A stretch of DNA of 64,000 nucleotides from Candidatus Latescibacterota bacterium (GCA_965203805.1 OZ241917.1:3488001-3552000); one strand, 5' to 3'. Shown: positions 38,303-48,479, numbered from the stretch's first letter. Notes: a model not told the origin generated them from the sequence alone. Program-made: numbers and translations.

Positions 38303-40498
38303 ATGCGAACGATACGAACCCTGATAATCCTGATCCTCTGCGCAAGTACGCCGCTTCAGGCGGCGGAGATTGCGGGCCGCGTCGTCGATGCGGACACGCA
38401 GATGCCCGTTGCCGATGCGCGCGTTCGTGTTCTCAACACCGACCTCGCGACAATGACGGATGACCGCGGTCAATTTCTCATTCGCGACCTCTCGGCCGGC
38501 GTCTATACGCTCGCCATCACGCACATCGCGTATCGGTCCGCGCAACGCACGGTCCACGTGAGTGAAGAGACGCACGTTGCCGTCGAGCTGTCGTCCCGGA
38601 CGTTTCCCCTCCATGAGTTCCCGGTGATCGCCGATCCGATGGGACCCGGCGACATACACAGAAGTCCGGCCTATGCCACCGTGATTACGCGCGAGAGTTT
38701 CGAAGGCAGAGAGACGACCCTTCCGGACGTCCTGGCCGAGGCCACGGGTGTGCAAGTCAAGCGCCTGGGCGGGTTGGGCGCATTCAGCACGCTGTCTTTG
38801 CGGGGTTCATCGGCCGACCAGGTCGAAGTGTATCTCGACGGTATCCTGCTGAACGCGGCCTTCGGAGGGGGCGTGGACCTCGGCAACCTGCCGCTCGCGC
38901 ACGTCGGGCAGATTGAAGTATATCGAGGCGCGGGCGCCCGGGGCAACGGCCTGGGCGGGGCGGTGCACGTACGCACGCGACCCACGCATGCGCAATGGCG
39001 GCATGACGTTCGCGGTTCGTGGGGGGCTTTCGACACCCGGTTGATGAGCGGCATGATCGCGGGCGGGCTCGGGCGGTCGGAGTTTCTTGCCGTGGCCGAC
39101 TATGCGCAAAGCGACAACGATTTCGGATTTCTGGACGACAATGGAACCGAATACAATGCCGATGACGACGTCTGGGCCAGGCGCCGGAACAACCACCACC
39201 GGTCCCTCAATCTGCTGGGCAAATGGCGACGCGCGCTCGGGGAGAACAGCGACCTGTCCCTCCACGAGACCATGTACTGGAAGGACCAGGGCATGCCCGG
39301 CATCAGTAACAATCAATCGCGGAATGCACGGTTGGGCGCTTTCCGAACGATGACTGAAATCACATACGAGAATCGGGCGCTCGCGCGAGGCATGGGTACG
39401 CGCCAGTCGTTTTACGTCACGCACACCAGGGAGCGATTCCGCGATCCCGATGGCGAAGTGGGAGTTGGCAGGCAGGACAACGACTATCGCACCCGCACCT
39501 ACGGGTGGAGGGGCCGCATCAGAACCGTTCTGCTGTCCCGATGCGATGTCTCGGCGGCGACCAGCGTCCGCAGAGAGTCCTACGTCCCGACAACGCGCAT
39601 CCGCAGCATCGCGAATTTCTTCGACAGCCGGCGATGGGTCTCTTCCGCGCGTGCGGGCGTTGATATCTCCCTGCCTGGGAAATCCGGAGTGTGGTCCCTG
39701 AGCGCAGAACATCGGCACATCCGCAGTTCGTATACGGGAGCCAATCCATTCGACTTTTCGCCACTTGCGCCCGATTCGGCGAATACCCGCAATCTCACGA
39801 GCGTGCGTACGGGTGTGCGACTGGATCTGACTTCCCGCCTTGCATTCAAGGCCAATGCGGGGCGCGTATTCCGGATTCCCTCGTTCTTCGAGCTCTTCGG
39901 CGACCGCGGCGGTGTGGTGGGCAACGTCAATCTCCGGCCGGAATGCGGTCTTGCGTTTGACGGAGGCCTGCGGTGGTCGGGCGGGCCGACCTCGTTGGAG
40001 TTCGCGGTTTTCGATCACCGCTATGAAGACCTGATCCAGTTTGTCCACACGTCGCAAGCCACGTCCCGGCCCGTCAACATCGGCAGCGCCCGGGTGTACG
40101 GGATCGAAATATCCGCGCAAAGGCGCCTCGGCCGCTACGTCAACCTATCCGGAAATTACACGTATCAAAATGCCAGAAACCGATCGGAAATCCCGTATCT
40201 CACCGGCAACGTACTGCCCAATCGACCGCCCCACGCGCTGTTTGCCCGCGCGACGGCGCAACTGGGACGCTTTACCGCCGCGTATGACTACAGCCTGGAG
40301 GACGGGAGCTTTCTCGATCAGTCGAACCGGCGCCCTCTTTCGTCGCGCCACATTCACAACGCCGGCGTGAAGTTGAATACCGGGCGGCGGTTCCAAATCG
40401 GAATGGAGGCCAAGAACATATTCGGCGCCCAAATCGCCGATACATGGGGCTATCCGTTACCCGGGCGCGCGTTTTTCGTGAGCGTGAATACGGAATAG
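38303..40498 (+). CDS. TonB-dependent receptor (BtuB-like)
   Basis: Carboxypeptidase-regulatory-like N domain, plug SLRGSSADQVEVYLDG, GNVNLRPE, GYPLPGR; riboswitch context. Confidence 0.88.
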   Translation: MRTIRTLIILILCASTPLQAAEIAGRVVDADTQMPVADARVRVLNTDLATMTDDRGQFLIRDLSAGVYTLAITHIAYRSAQRTVHVSEETHVAVELSSRTFPLHEFPVIADPMGPGDIHRSPAYATVITRESFEGRETTLPDVLAEATGVQVKRLGGLGAFSTLSLRGSSADQVEVYLDGILLNAAFGGGVDLGNLPLAHVGQIEVYRGAGARGNGLGGAVHVRTRPTHAQWRHDVRGSWGAFDTRLMSGMIAGGLGRSEFLAVADYAQSDNDFGFLDDNGTEYNADDDVWARRRNNHHRSLNLLGKWRRALGENSDLSLHETMYWKDQGMPGISNNQSRNARLGAFRTMTEITYENRALARGMGTRQSFYVTHTRERFRDPDGEVGVGRQDNDYRTRTYGWRGRIRTVLLSRCDVSAATSVRRESYVPTTRIRSIANFFDSRRWVSSARAGVDISLPGKSGVWSLSAEHRHIRSSYTGANPFDFSPLAPDSANTRNLTSVRTGVRLDLTSRLAFKANAGRVFRIPSFFELFGDRGGVVGNVNLRPECGLAFDGGLRWSGGPTSLEFAVFDHRYEDLIQFVHTSQATSRPVNIGSARVYGIEISAQRRLGRYVNLSGNYTYQNARNRSEIPYLTGNVLPNRPPHALFARATAQLGRFTAAYDYSLEDGSFLDQSNRRPLSSRHIHNAGVKLNTGRRFQIGMEAKNIFGAQIADTWGYPLPGRAFFVSVNTE

Positions 40499-40625
40499 GA
40501 AACCGGGACCCGGCGAGCGCAGGATCGGAAGGCGCATCCCTCGCTATTCGTCCGAAGCGCTCTTGATTCGTGAAAGATGAGACCAAGGCAGCAGTTCTTT
40601 ACACATTTCCCGACGGGAGGTTTGA

Positions 40626-41870
40626 ATGAGGTGGTTTCTGCTGATTCTGTTTCTGGCAACCGATGCACTGGCAAACCAGGCGGTGATGACGACGACGGAT
40701 TACGCCACGGGTGGACTTTCGAGCCTGGATCTCGGCACAAACACGGCTGCAAACGACCATCTGACGATTCATTCGGACGCGGTGGTTCGCACGTATCGGG
40801 ACAAGGTGTATATACTCAACCGCCTCCGGCAGGATAACGTCATTGTTCTGGATGGAGACGATCTGCAGACGCCACTGACGCAGTATTCCACGGGAAACGG
40901 CACGAATCCCCACGACATCGCCTTTGTCAGCGAGGAGAAGGCGTATATTTCCCTGTATGAACGAACACAGTTGCTTATCGTCAATCCCGTCACGGGCGAT
41001 TCGCTGGGTACGGTCGATCTTTCGACATTCGCGGATGCCGACGGCCTGCCCGAAATCTCTCAACTCGTGATAAATGGTGACCGTCTGTTTGCCGCGTGTC
41101 ATCGGCTGGATAGGGAGAACGGATGGGTCCCGACCGAATTTTCGGCGATTGCCGTTGTTGACGTGTCGACCGATCTGCTGGTGGACGTGGAGCCAGATAA
41201 AGAAGGTGTTCAGGGAATTTTGATGGCGGGTAAGAATCCCTCAGGGGCGGCGCTGCGGGGCAGCAAGTGGTACCTGAGCGCCGTCAATACGTACACCGAC
41301 TTGACTGACGGCGGCATCGAGGTAATCGATTTGGCGAACTTGCGGAGCGAAGGAATCGTGCTCGATGAGACGACCGCGGGCGGTAACCTAGGGTCTCTGA
41401 CGATGATTTCCAATGAGGTCGGCTATGTCGTTGTATTAGACGCAAGTTTCGTCACTAATTACGTCAAACGAATCAACCTGGTGACTCAGGCCGTATCGCT
41501 GGGCTTGGACGGCCTTTCAGGGGGTCGAGTGCCCGGCCTGGGTATATTCCGCGGGCGACTGTATGTACTGGATCAAGGCAGTCCCGTCGATCCGGCCTCC
41601 GCCGGCGTGAAGGTCTACGACGTAGATTCGGACGACCCTCTGGCCGGTCCGATCAACACGGGCCTGCCGCCGTCGAGCATTGCGTTCCTGGGCAGCGTGG
41701 CGGATTTCAATGGTGACTGTATTGTGGATTTCAGCGATTTCGTGGCCTTTGCCTCCACGTTTGGCAGAACCGCCGCTCAAGATGACTTCGACGCCAGGTT
41801 CGACCTGAATGGAAACGGTGAGGTCGATTTCCAGGATTTCCTGATCTTCGCCTCGGAATTCGGGCGTTGA
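40626..41870 (+). CDS. Secreted YncE/BtuG-like beta-propeller with C-terminal dockerin-like EF-hand pair
   Basis: Signal peptide; NPHDIAFVSEEKAYIS; DFNGDCIVDFSDF and DLNGNGEVDFQDF. Confidence 0.75.
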   Translation: MRWFLLILFLATDALANQAVMTTTDYATGGLSSLDLGTNTAANDHLTIHSDAVVRTYRDKVYILNRLRQDNVIVLDGDDLQTPLTQYSTGNGTNPHDIAFVSEEKAYISLYERTQLLIVNPVTGDSLGTVDLSTFADADGLPEISQLVINGDRLFAACHRLDRENGWVPTEFSAIAVVDVSTDLLVDVEPDKEGVQGILMAGKNPSGAALRGSKWYLSAVNTYTDLTDGGIEVIDLANLRSEGIVLDETTAGGNLGSLTMISNEVGYVVVLDASFVTNYVKRINLVTQAVSLGLDGLSGGRVPGLGIFRGRLYVLDQGSPVDPASAGVKVYDVDSDDPLAGPINTGLPPSSIAFLGSVADFNGDCIVDFSDFVAFASTFGRTAAQDDFDARFDLNGNGEVDFQDFLIFASEFGR

Positions 41871-41874
41871 GAAT

Positions 41875-42185
41875 CGGGGAGACGGGAGACGGTAGAATAA
41901 AGCGGTGAGACGTGAGACGCAAGACGGTAGATGACGTCCTTGCCCGACTGGTTTTTCCCTCATGCCTCTGGCAAGAAATGAAACCGGACGAGGCAATCAC
42001 ATCCTCTACCGTCTCCCCTCTACCCTCTCCCCGCTTTTGAGGGGTTGGGGGGAGAGGTCTGCGTAAATGCGGTAAGACGGGAGATGAAATCCTCGCCCGA
42101 TTGGTTCTTCCTCAATGCCTCCGGCAAGAGATGATACCGAACAGGCACTCACATCATCTCACGTCTCCCCTCTTACCTCTCACCG
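41875..42185. repeat. Two diverged tandem copies of the GAGACG-arm element
   Basis: Cores TCCT(T/C)GCCCGA(C/T)TGGTT..ATGCCT..GGCAAGA(A/G)ATGA at about 41937 and 42091, each ending in a CGTCTCCCCTCT arm. Confidence 0.75.
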
Positions 42186-42189
42186 TTCG

Positions 42190-42375
42190 AGACCTACCCC
42201 CTCGCCCCCTTCCTGAGAGGAAGGGGGAATGGCGATGGGTTGATGTACTGGCCATGCAAATGTGCCGGGTGGCGATTTCCTGTGAATCAGAGTATCTATG
42301 GATGACCGGCACGCGACGCCTGTCTTTTCTCCCCCTCTCCCCCCGGGAGAGGGGGTTGGGGGGAGAGGTCTGCGC
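42190..42375. repeat. CCCCCTCTCC...GGAGAGGGGG REP-like palindromes
   Basis: CCCCCTCTCCCCCCGGGAGAGGGGGTTGGGGGGAGAGGTCTGCG; relatives at about 42040, 36950 and 63960. Confidence 0.7.
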
Positions 42376-42796
42376 CCGTCATGGCGTTGCCCTATGGCGC
42401 AACCATAGCTGTGCTCATCATCAAGGCACTCATCGGTCTACGAACGGATATCCCGACTGGAGGACTGTCAGAGCAGAGCGCGCTGATCCGTCCAGCAACG
42501 CGGATTGGTGTGCCGCCGAGAGTGTCAGGCCAGAGGGTTACGTGCATCCTGTGAGCGTGTTCGCGCTGTGCATATGGCAGGCCCCGCCTGCCTGCCGCGC
42601 AGGGCTTGGCGCAGGCAGGCGCCCAGCGGCGACTTTTGGTTCCTTTTGGTCGCTTCAAAAGGAACCCGCCGGAGGCAGGGAATTTGGGGAAAGGGGGTTT
42701 TGAATTTGATGTTCGACTTTGATTCAAACCGACAGCTGATCACTGACGGCTGACAGTTGTTCTTTCCCTTTGTGTCTCCGTGTGAGCCGATCTTGA

Positions 42797-43576
42797 TTCA
42801 AGCTGGGCGCGGTCTGCGGATTGGCAATCGTGCTGAATCACATTCATCCCGCCTTCGGCCTGGTTTTTCACATATATATTATATATAGTATGATCGCGCT
42901 CAAGGACCTGTGCAAACACGGCCTGGCCATCGACCGGGCCGCCGATACGGACGGCGCCCGGCGGGCCGTCTCCCAACTCGTTGGGCGCGATACCGATACA
43001 ATGGACGTCGCGGCCTGCCGGCGGGCGGGCATGGAGAGTCTGAGCGAGAACGCTGTCGACGGGTTCATTTCGCCCGTTTTGTTATATACTCTATTTGGTA
43101 TTCGTGGCGTTGTATTCTTCAAGGTGATCAGCACCATGGACTCTATGGTGGGTTTCAAAACCCCGCGATACCGCGCTTTCGGATGGTGCGGCGCCCGGCT
43201 GGACGACGTGCTCAATTACCTTCCCGCGAGATTGACTTATGTCTGGATGGTGCTGGTCGCGTTATTTCTTCCCGGGTGTTCCGCCCGCAAGGCGATGCTT
43301 GTCGGCTGGCGGCAGCACGCCCTCGTTCCGGGGCCGAATTCAGGGTGGAGCGAAGCGACGGCCGCCGGCGCGCTGCAGCGCCGCCTGGTGGGCCCCGTCT
43401 GGCAGGATGGCGTACGGATTACCGACCTCTGGCTGGGCGATGAGTCCGACCCGGAAGGGGGCCAACCCGGGGATACGCGCCGCATTTGCGCATTTGTCAT
43501 CGCCACCTGTATGCTTGCAACGGGTCTGGCGGCTGCGTATCTGTTCCTTTCGGGTCCCCACGTGTTGACTTTCTGA
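42797..43576 (+). pseudogene. cbiB: CbiB/CobD adenosylcobinamide-phosphate synthase, 5'-truncated
   Basis: VGRDT, ESLSEN, TMDSMVG, ARLDDVLNYLPARL, PNSGWSEA; the N-terminal GDP..HPV region is missing and an in-frame TGA lies just upstream. Confidence 0.75.
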
Positions 43577-43639
43577 CCCCTGGCCGCTATCTTCATCTGC
43601 CGCATTCAACCGATACAGTGAGCATGTTACAAGGAGAGG

Positions 43640-45235
43640 GTGATGATGAAATCTCTACTTGCCGGCTTGACTCTGGCGGCAATCTGCCTGTCTTTAAATC
43701 CTGTCTTTGCACAGGACAACAGGACGACGGCAGGTAACGTGGTGGACCGCGAGACCCTGATGGCCTTTGTGGAAGGGGCAAAGGACTCCCTGGAGGGCGC
43801 CGCCGACTTCGCCGCGGTCGGGCGATTGACCCAGGCGTTCAGGACCGAAGGCGACTGGAAGGCCGGGCCGGTCTATCTCGTGATTCTGACCGGCGAGGGA
43901 CTCGTGCAATTTCACGCGGCCGACGTTACGGTCGAAGATAAGAACGTAATTGATCTCGAGGATGACAGAGGCGCGAAAATTGTGCGGGACATGCTTGCCG
44001 CTGCCGCTGAGGACGGCGGCTTTGTCGAGTACTATTGGGACGATCCTACCATGGAGGACGATGATTTACCCAGGCTGACCTACTCGGTTCCTGTTACCAT
44101 AGTCGGGCTGGAATTCGTCCTTGTCGGCGGTTTTCACATGGACCTGTCGGACGTCGACGCCGAGCCTAACATCTTCGAACTGCTGGAAGTGACGGCCCGG
44201 GATGTAAAGGACAGGGAGTCCCTTAGAGCGTTTGTGGAGGGGCTGCGGGTACTTGTTCCCTTCATCGAAGAACGAGGGTATCCCTACCTGGCAACCGTGC
44301 AGGCTGCCATCAGGACCGAAGGGGAGGATTTCAAACACGGTTCGATATACATCTTTGTGATCAACACGTCGGGCATCCTGATCTTCCACGGCACGGCGGA
44401 CGCCAGTTCCTTCGGCGAGAACATGATCGACGTCGAGGACGTCAATGGAGTCAAAATCGTCCGTGAAATTATCGCGACGGCCGAAACCGGCGGCGGGTTT
44501 GTGAAATACTACTGGGACAATCCGGCGGTCGTCGGAGACGAGGACACCAGGTCGCCCAAGCTCAGCTACGTGATCCCGATTCACATTTTCGGTCAGACGT
44601 TTGTCGTAGGCGCGGGCATCTATCTGGACAGCGATATCGCATTCGAAGAGATCGCGCAGGTGGATGTACAGGTCGTCGGCGACGACGACCCGGGCCGACT
44701 ACTTACAGTGGAAGTTTCGCGGTCGATTTCAGGACGCGCGCCCGTCTATGCGTGGCGCGAGACGACCGATGAGACGGGGCGCGCCGTGGTGAGAGTCACG
44801 CCGGACGAACAGCGCCGCGTCAACGGCATGTACCGGGCGCGCGTGCGCACGTCCGATGGCGCGACCGTTGCAAGCTGGAGCAGCATTCCGCTGATGCCGG
44901 GAAGGCGCGTGACCTATGAGGTCAACCTGAATGGCGATGTACGTGCCATTGCGTCGCTTGCGGCTTCGCTGGGGCCGAACCGTCCGAATCCGTTCAACCC
45001 CGCGACAACCATACGTTATTCACTGAACGAATCAGCGGACGTGAACCTGGCGATCTACAACCTGCTGGGCCAGGAGGTCCGGCTGCTGGTTCGACAGTTC
45101 CAGCCGGCGGGCAGCTACACGGTCGTGTGGGACGGTCAGGACGCCGCGGGAAGGCAGGTGAGTACGGGCGTGTACCTGTATCGGCTTCAGGCGGGGGCGG
45201 ACGTTGTCACGCGCAAGATGGTGTTGGCGAAATAG
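43640..45235 (+). CDS. Secreted tandem Cache-domain protein with C-terminal FlgD-Ig/T9SS-type domain
   Basis: Signal peptide; two repeats ending GGFV(E/K)YYWD(D/N)P; PNPFNPATTIRY...WDGQD..GVYLYRL..RKMVLAK. Confidence 0.8.
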   Translation: MMMKSLLAGLTLAAICLSLNPVFAQDNRTTAGNVVDRETLMAFVEGAKDSLEGAADFAAVGRLTQAFRTEGDWKAGPVYLVILTGEGLVQFHAADVTVEDKNVIDLEDDRGAKIVRDMLAAAAEDGGFVEYYWDDPTMEDDDLPRLTYSVPVTIVGLEFVLVGGFHMDLSDVDAEPNIFELLEVTARDVKDRESLRAFVEGLRVLVPFIEERGYPYLATVQAAIRTEGEDFKHGSIYIFVINTSGILIFHGTADASSFGENMIDVEDVNGVKIVREIIATAETGGGFVKYYWDNPAVVGDEDTRSPKLSYVIPIHIFGQTFVVGAGIYLDSDIAFEEIAQVDVQVVGDDDPGRLLTVEVSRSISGRAPVYAWRETTDETGRAVVRVTPDEQRRVNGMYRARVRTSDGATVASWSSIPLMPGRRVTYEVNLNGDVRAIASLAASLGPNRPNPFNPATTIRYSLNESADVNLAIYNLLGQEVRLLVRQFQPAGSYTVVWDGQDAAGRQVSTGVYLYRLQAGADVVTRKMVLAK

Positions 45236-45360
45236 CTATCGGGTAAGCATATCCGGATCATTTCGGGTAACAGAGTGAGACGGGTTTCGTGTATGGAGTC
45301 AGAACAGGCGCGGCCCGTCTTTTCATTGACGGGGACGTGTCAGGCGATTCCGGAGGAGCG

Positions 45361-46395
45361 GTGACTGAGGCGATTCTGACGGCACGGAACCTGGCCATCG
45401 GTTACAAACGCGGTCGCCAGGCGCCTCGCGTTGTGGCTCGGGATATCGACGTTTCGCTTGATGCCGGCGATTTCGTGTGTCTGCTGGGTCCCAACGGCGC
45501 GGGGAAATCCACGCTCCTGCGCACGCTTGCCGGGATGCAGCCGCCGCTGAACGGGCGCGTAGAAATCGCGGGGAGAAATATCGCGGAGATGTCCGCGACG
45601 GAAGTCGCCCAGGTACTCAGCGTGGTTCTCACGGACCGCGTCAGCGTGGGCGCCATGACGGTGCGCGACCTGGTGGGCCTGGGACGGCATCCCCACACCG
45701 ATTGGATCGGACGCTTCGCTCCGGACGATGAACAGGCCGTTACATGGGCGATCCGCGCGGCGCGGGCCGGGGACCTGGAAAACCGCAATGTCGCCGAACT
45801 GAGCGATGGCGAGCGGCAGCGGGTGATGATTGCGCGGGCGCTGGCGCAGCAGCCCGACCTGATGATCCTGGATGAACCCACGGCCTTTCTCGATCTGCCT
45901 CGCCGCGTGGAAATCATGGCGCTGTTGCGAGACCTTGCACATACGACCCGGAAAGCGATCCTCCTCTCCACGCACGACCTGGACCTGGCGTTGCGTTGTG
46001 CGGACCGCATCTATCTCCTGCCTTCAGAAGGCGCGTTGCAGACCGGCGCGCCCGAGGACCTGGTCCTGAATGGCGCTTTTGAATCGGCGTTCGGGAGCGA
46101 TGACGTGCGTTTTGACGCCGATTCAGGCGCGTTCAGGCTCACCCCGGAACGCGGCCAGGCTACGGTTTCCGTGTCGGGACAGGGACGGCGCGCCCACTGG
46201 ACTAAGCGTGCGCTGGAACGCGCCGGGTTCCAGGTGGATGACGCGGAGTCCTCGTGCCGCATCGACGTCGTCAACGGCACAGACGGCTCGTGGCGTTTCG
46301 AACGTGGCGAAACAACCCGAAACTTCCATTCTATTTACGACTTGATTGTAGCGCTTAAAGTCGAATATGGAATAAATTCCGTGGTGAAATCGTGA
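45361..46395 (+). CDS. Iron-chelate/cobalamin ABC ATP-binding protein (BtuD-like)
   Basis: GPNGAGKST, LSDGERQR, ILDEPT, STHD; GGAGG RBS before GTG. Confidence 0.92.
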   Translation: MTEAILTARNLAIGYKRGRQAPRVVARDIDVSLDAGDFVCLLGPNGAGKSTLLRTLAGMQPPLNGRVEIAGRNIAEMSATEVAQVLSVVLTDRVSVGAMTVRDLVGLGRHPHTDWIGRFAPDDEQAVTWAIRAARAGDLENRNVAELSDGERQRVMIARALAQQPDLMILDEPTAFLDLPRRVEIMALLRDLAHTTRKAILLSTHDLDLALRCADRIYLLPSEGALQTGAPEDLVLNGAFESAFGSDDVRFDADSGAFRLTPERGQATVSVSGQGRRAHWTKRALERAGFQVDDAESSCRIDVVNGTDGSWRFERGETTRNFHSIYDLIVALKVEYGINSVVKS

Positions 46396-47471
46396 GTTAC
46401 GGGATGAAATCGGATCCGAGAGACAAAGCGCGGGAGGGGCCGCGGCGTTCGATCTTCGTTCCGGGACTGTTTCTGCTGCTTCTTGTCGCGTTCGGCCTGA
46501 GCCTTTCGCTGGGGTCGGTCCGCATTCCTCTGGCCGGACTGTTCGATATATTCACGGGCGGAGAGCCCGCCTCTCAGGCATGGTCGATCATCATTCACAC
46601 CATTCGCCTGCCGAAGGCGATCACAGGTGTGTTGGCCGGTGCCGCCCTGGCTGTGAGCGGACTGCAGATGCAGACGTTGTTTCGCAATCCACTCGCGGAT
46701 CCGTTTGTGCTTGGCATCAGCGCCGGCGCCAGTCTGGGCGTGGCCATCGTGGTGTTGACGGCGGGCGCCGTTGGCAGCGCGCTGATCGCCGGTTTGGGTT
46801 TCCTAGGCGACCTCGGCCTGGCGTTTGCGGCGACCCTTGGCGCCGCCGCGGTGCTGGGAGGTGTGCTGTTGGTGTCCCGCAGTGTGAGCAGTGTGATGAC
46901 GTTGCTCATCCTGGGGTTGATGTTCGGGTATGCGACCGCGGCGTTCGTCAGCATTCTGATTTACTTCAGCGTGCCCGAACAGATCCAGTCGTATATCCTG
47001 TGGACGTTCGGCAGTTTCGGCAGCGTGACATGGCGCCAGATCCCCGTGCTGGCCTGCGCCATACTGCTCGGGCTATTGCTGGCGTTGCTGTGCATCAAGC
47101 CTCTCAATGCGCTGTTGCTGGGCGAAGACTACGCCCGAAGCATGGGCCTGAACGTGAAACGCGCGCGGCTTTGGATTCTGCTCAGCGCGTCAATCCTCGC
47201 CGGCGCCACCACCGCCTTCTGCGGACCCATCGCCTTTCTGGGCCTGGCCGTGCCGCACCTCTGCCGCAGCCTGCTGCACACGTCGGACCACCGCGTGCTC
47301 ATGCCCGCCGTCATCTGCCTTGGCGCAACCCTCGCGCTGCTGTCCGATCTGTTTGCGCACCTGCCGGGCAGCCAATTCGTGCTGCCGCTCAATGCGGTGA
47401 CCTCCCTCATCGGGGCGCCAGTCGTCATCTGGTTCATCCTGCATCGGAAGAACCTGAATCAGACGTTTTGA
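46392..47471 (+). CDS. FecCD/BtuC-family permease
   Basis: RLPKA, FRNPLADP, LGEDYARSMG, GPIAFLGLAVPH. Confidence 0.93.
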   Translation: MSYGMKSDPRDKAREGPRRSIFVPGLFLLLLVAFGLSLSLGSVRIPLAGLFDIFTGGEPASQAWSIIIHTIRLPKAITGVLAGAALAVSGLQMQTLFRNPLADPFVLGISAGASLGVAIVVLTAGAVGSALIAGLGFLGDLGLAFAATLGAAAVLGGVLLVSRSVSSVMTLLILGLMFGYATAAFVSILIYFSVPEQIQSYILWTFGSFGSVTWRQIPVLACAILLGLLLALLCIKPLNALLLGEDYARSMGLNVKRARLWILLSASILAGATTAFCGPIAFLGLAVPHLCRSLLHTSDHRVLMPAVICLGATLALLSDLFAHLPGSQFVLPLNAVTSLIGAPVVIWFILHRKNLNQTF

Positions 47472-47495
47472 AATCAACAGGCGGGAAGAAACATG

Positions 47496-47950
47496 GATGG
47501 ACAGGATAAAGACGAAAAGGCGCGACAAAGGCACGAGAAAACGAGTAACAGCAGTGACTGGGTTTCAGTATGGGCCAGATTCCGTGTCGAGCGGTTGATC
47601 GAATCACATGTCCGTAAAAGGCAAGCAACATGGATGGACAGGATGAACAGGATAAAGGCCAAAACCGGATTAGAAATCAGGAACAGAAAAAAAGGCAGAA
47701 AGCGGAGAAAACAGGAGGGAGATGCCGTAGAACTGAACAATTGTCCAACTTCAGAGGTAAGTCAACTAACCGTCAAAAGCAACGAACATCGATGGACAGG
47801 ATAAAGACGAAAAGGCGCGACAAAGGCACGAGAAAACGAGTAACAGCAGTGACTGGGTTTCAGTATGGGCCAGATTCCGTGTCGAGCGGTTGATCGAATC
47901 ATATATCCGTCAAAGGCAAGCAACATGGATGGACAGGATGGGCAGGATAA
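47496..47950 (+). repeat. Near-identical direct repeat of about 160 bp (47496-47655, 47791-47950)
   Basis: GATGGACAGGATAAAGACGAAAAGG...CAACATGGATGGACAGGATG twice, period 295. Confidence 0.9.
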
Positions 47951-48033
47951 GAGCAACAACCGAATCAGGATTCGAAGGATTTGCGGGATGAAGCAGGATT
48001 AGAAATCAGGAACAGGATCGAGACATGGTGCAG

Positions 48034-48069
48034 GAAAAAGCCCGCGCCAATTCAGGTGCGGGCTTTTTG
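48034..48069. terminator. Intrinsic, probably bidirectional terminator
   Basis: AAAAAGCCCGCGCC-loop-GGTGCGGGCTTTTT between convergent operons. Confidence 0.8.
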
Positions 48070-48109
48070 ATTCACCAGGTGGTTAGTGGAAGCAAGTCCA
48101 GGCGGCCTG

Positions 48110-48200
48110 CCTCAGGTGGTCATTACAATCAAGCGATTTCTCAGACGAACATTCGAGAGGGTGGAGCAGACATTCCTGTCTGCTCACATACATCAAACCT
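48110..48200 (+). repeat. REP-like element R, copy 1
   Basis: CTCAGGTG..TCTCAGACG..GGGTGGAGCAGACATTCCTGTCTGCTCAC..ACATCAAACC; direct copy at 53833-53922. Confidence 0.8.
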
Positions 48201-48202
48201 TT

Positions 48203-48338
48203 CGCGGCTTCGCTATGTTCAGCCGCAACCAAATAGATTGAAGTGAACGTCTGAGCCCGTTCGAAAATCGATCACTCCCCACTTGGGGGGAGTCGCAGAA
48301 GCCAAGCCGTCAGGCGACGGCTGATGCGGTGGGGGGAT
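48203..48338 (+). repeat. Repeat element E, copy 1
   Basis: CAGCCGCAACCAAAT..GATCACTCCCC..GGGGGAGTCGCAGAAGCC..GGCGACGGCTGATGCGG; inverted copies at 53339-53416 and 55814-55972. Confidence 0.8.
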
Positions 48339-48479
48339 CTCGACGCCTTTCCGCGTACAATCAGCCTGAATCAACAGGCCCGCATTCTGCGTGGGAATCT
48401 TACCGCGAAATTCTAAACGGTAACGATCCGGCGAAGAGTGGACGAGAACTGCCCATGGTTGTCCATGCAACAATGGAGT

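Noticed and set aside
42101-42727. 200-aa and 111-aa ORFs
   Set aside because: Translations of palindromic repeats
47496-47950. CRISPR array
   Set aside because: Only two copies of about 160 bp; no repeat-spacer periodicity and no cas genes
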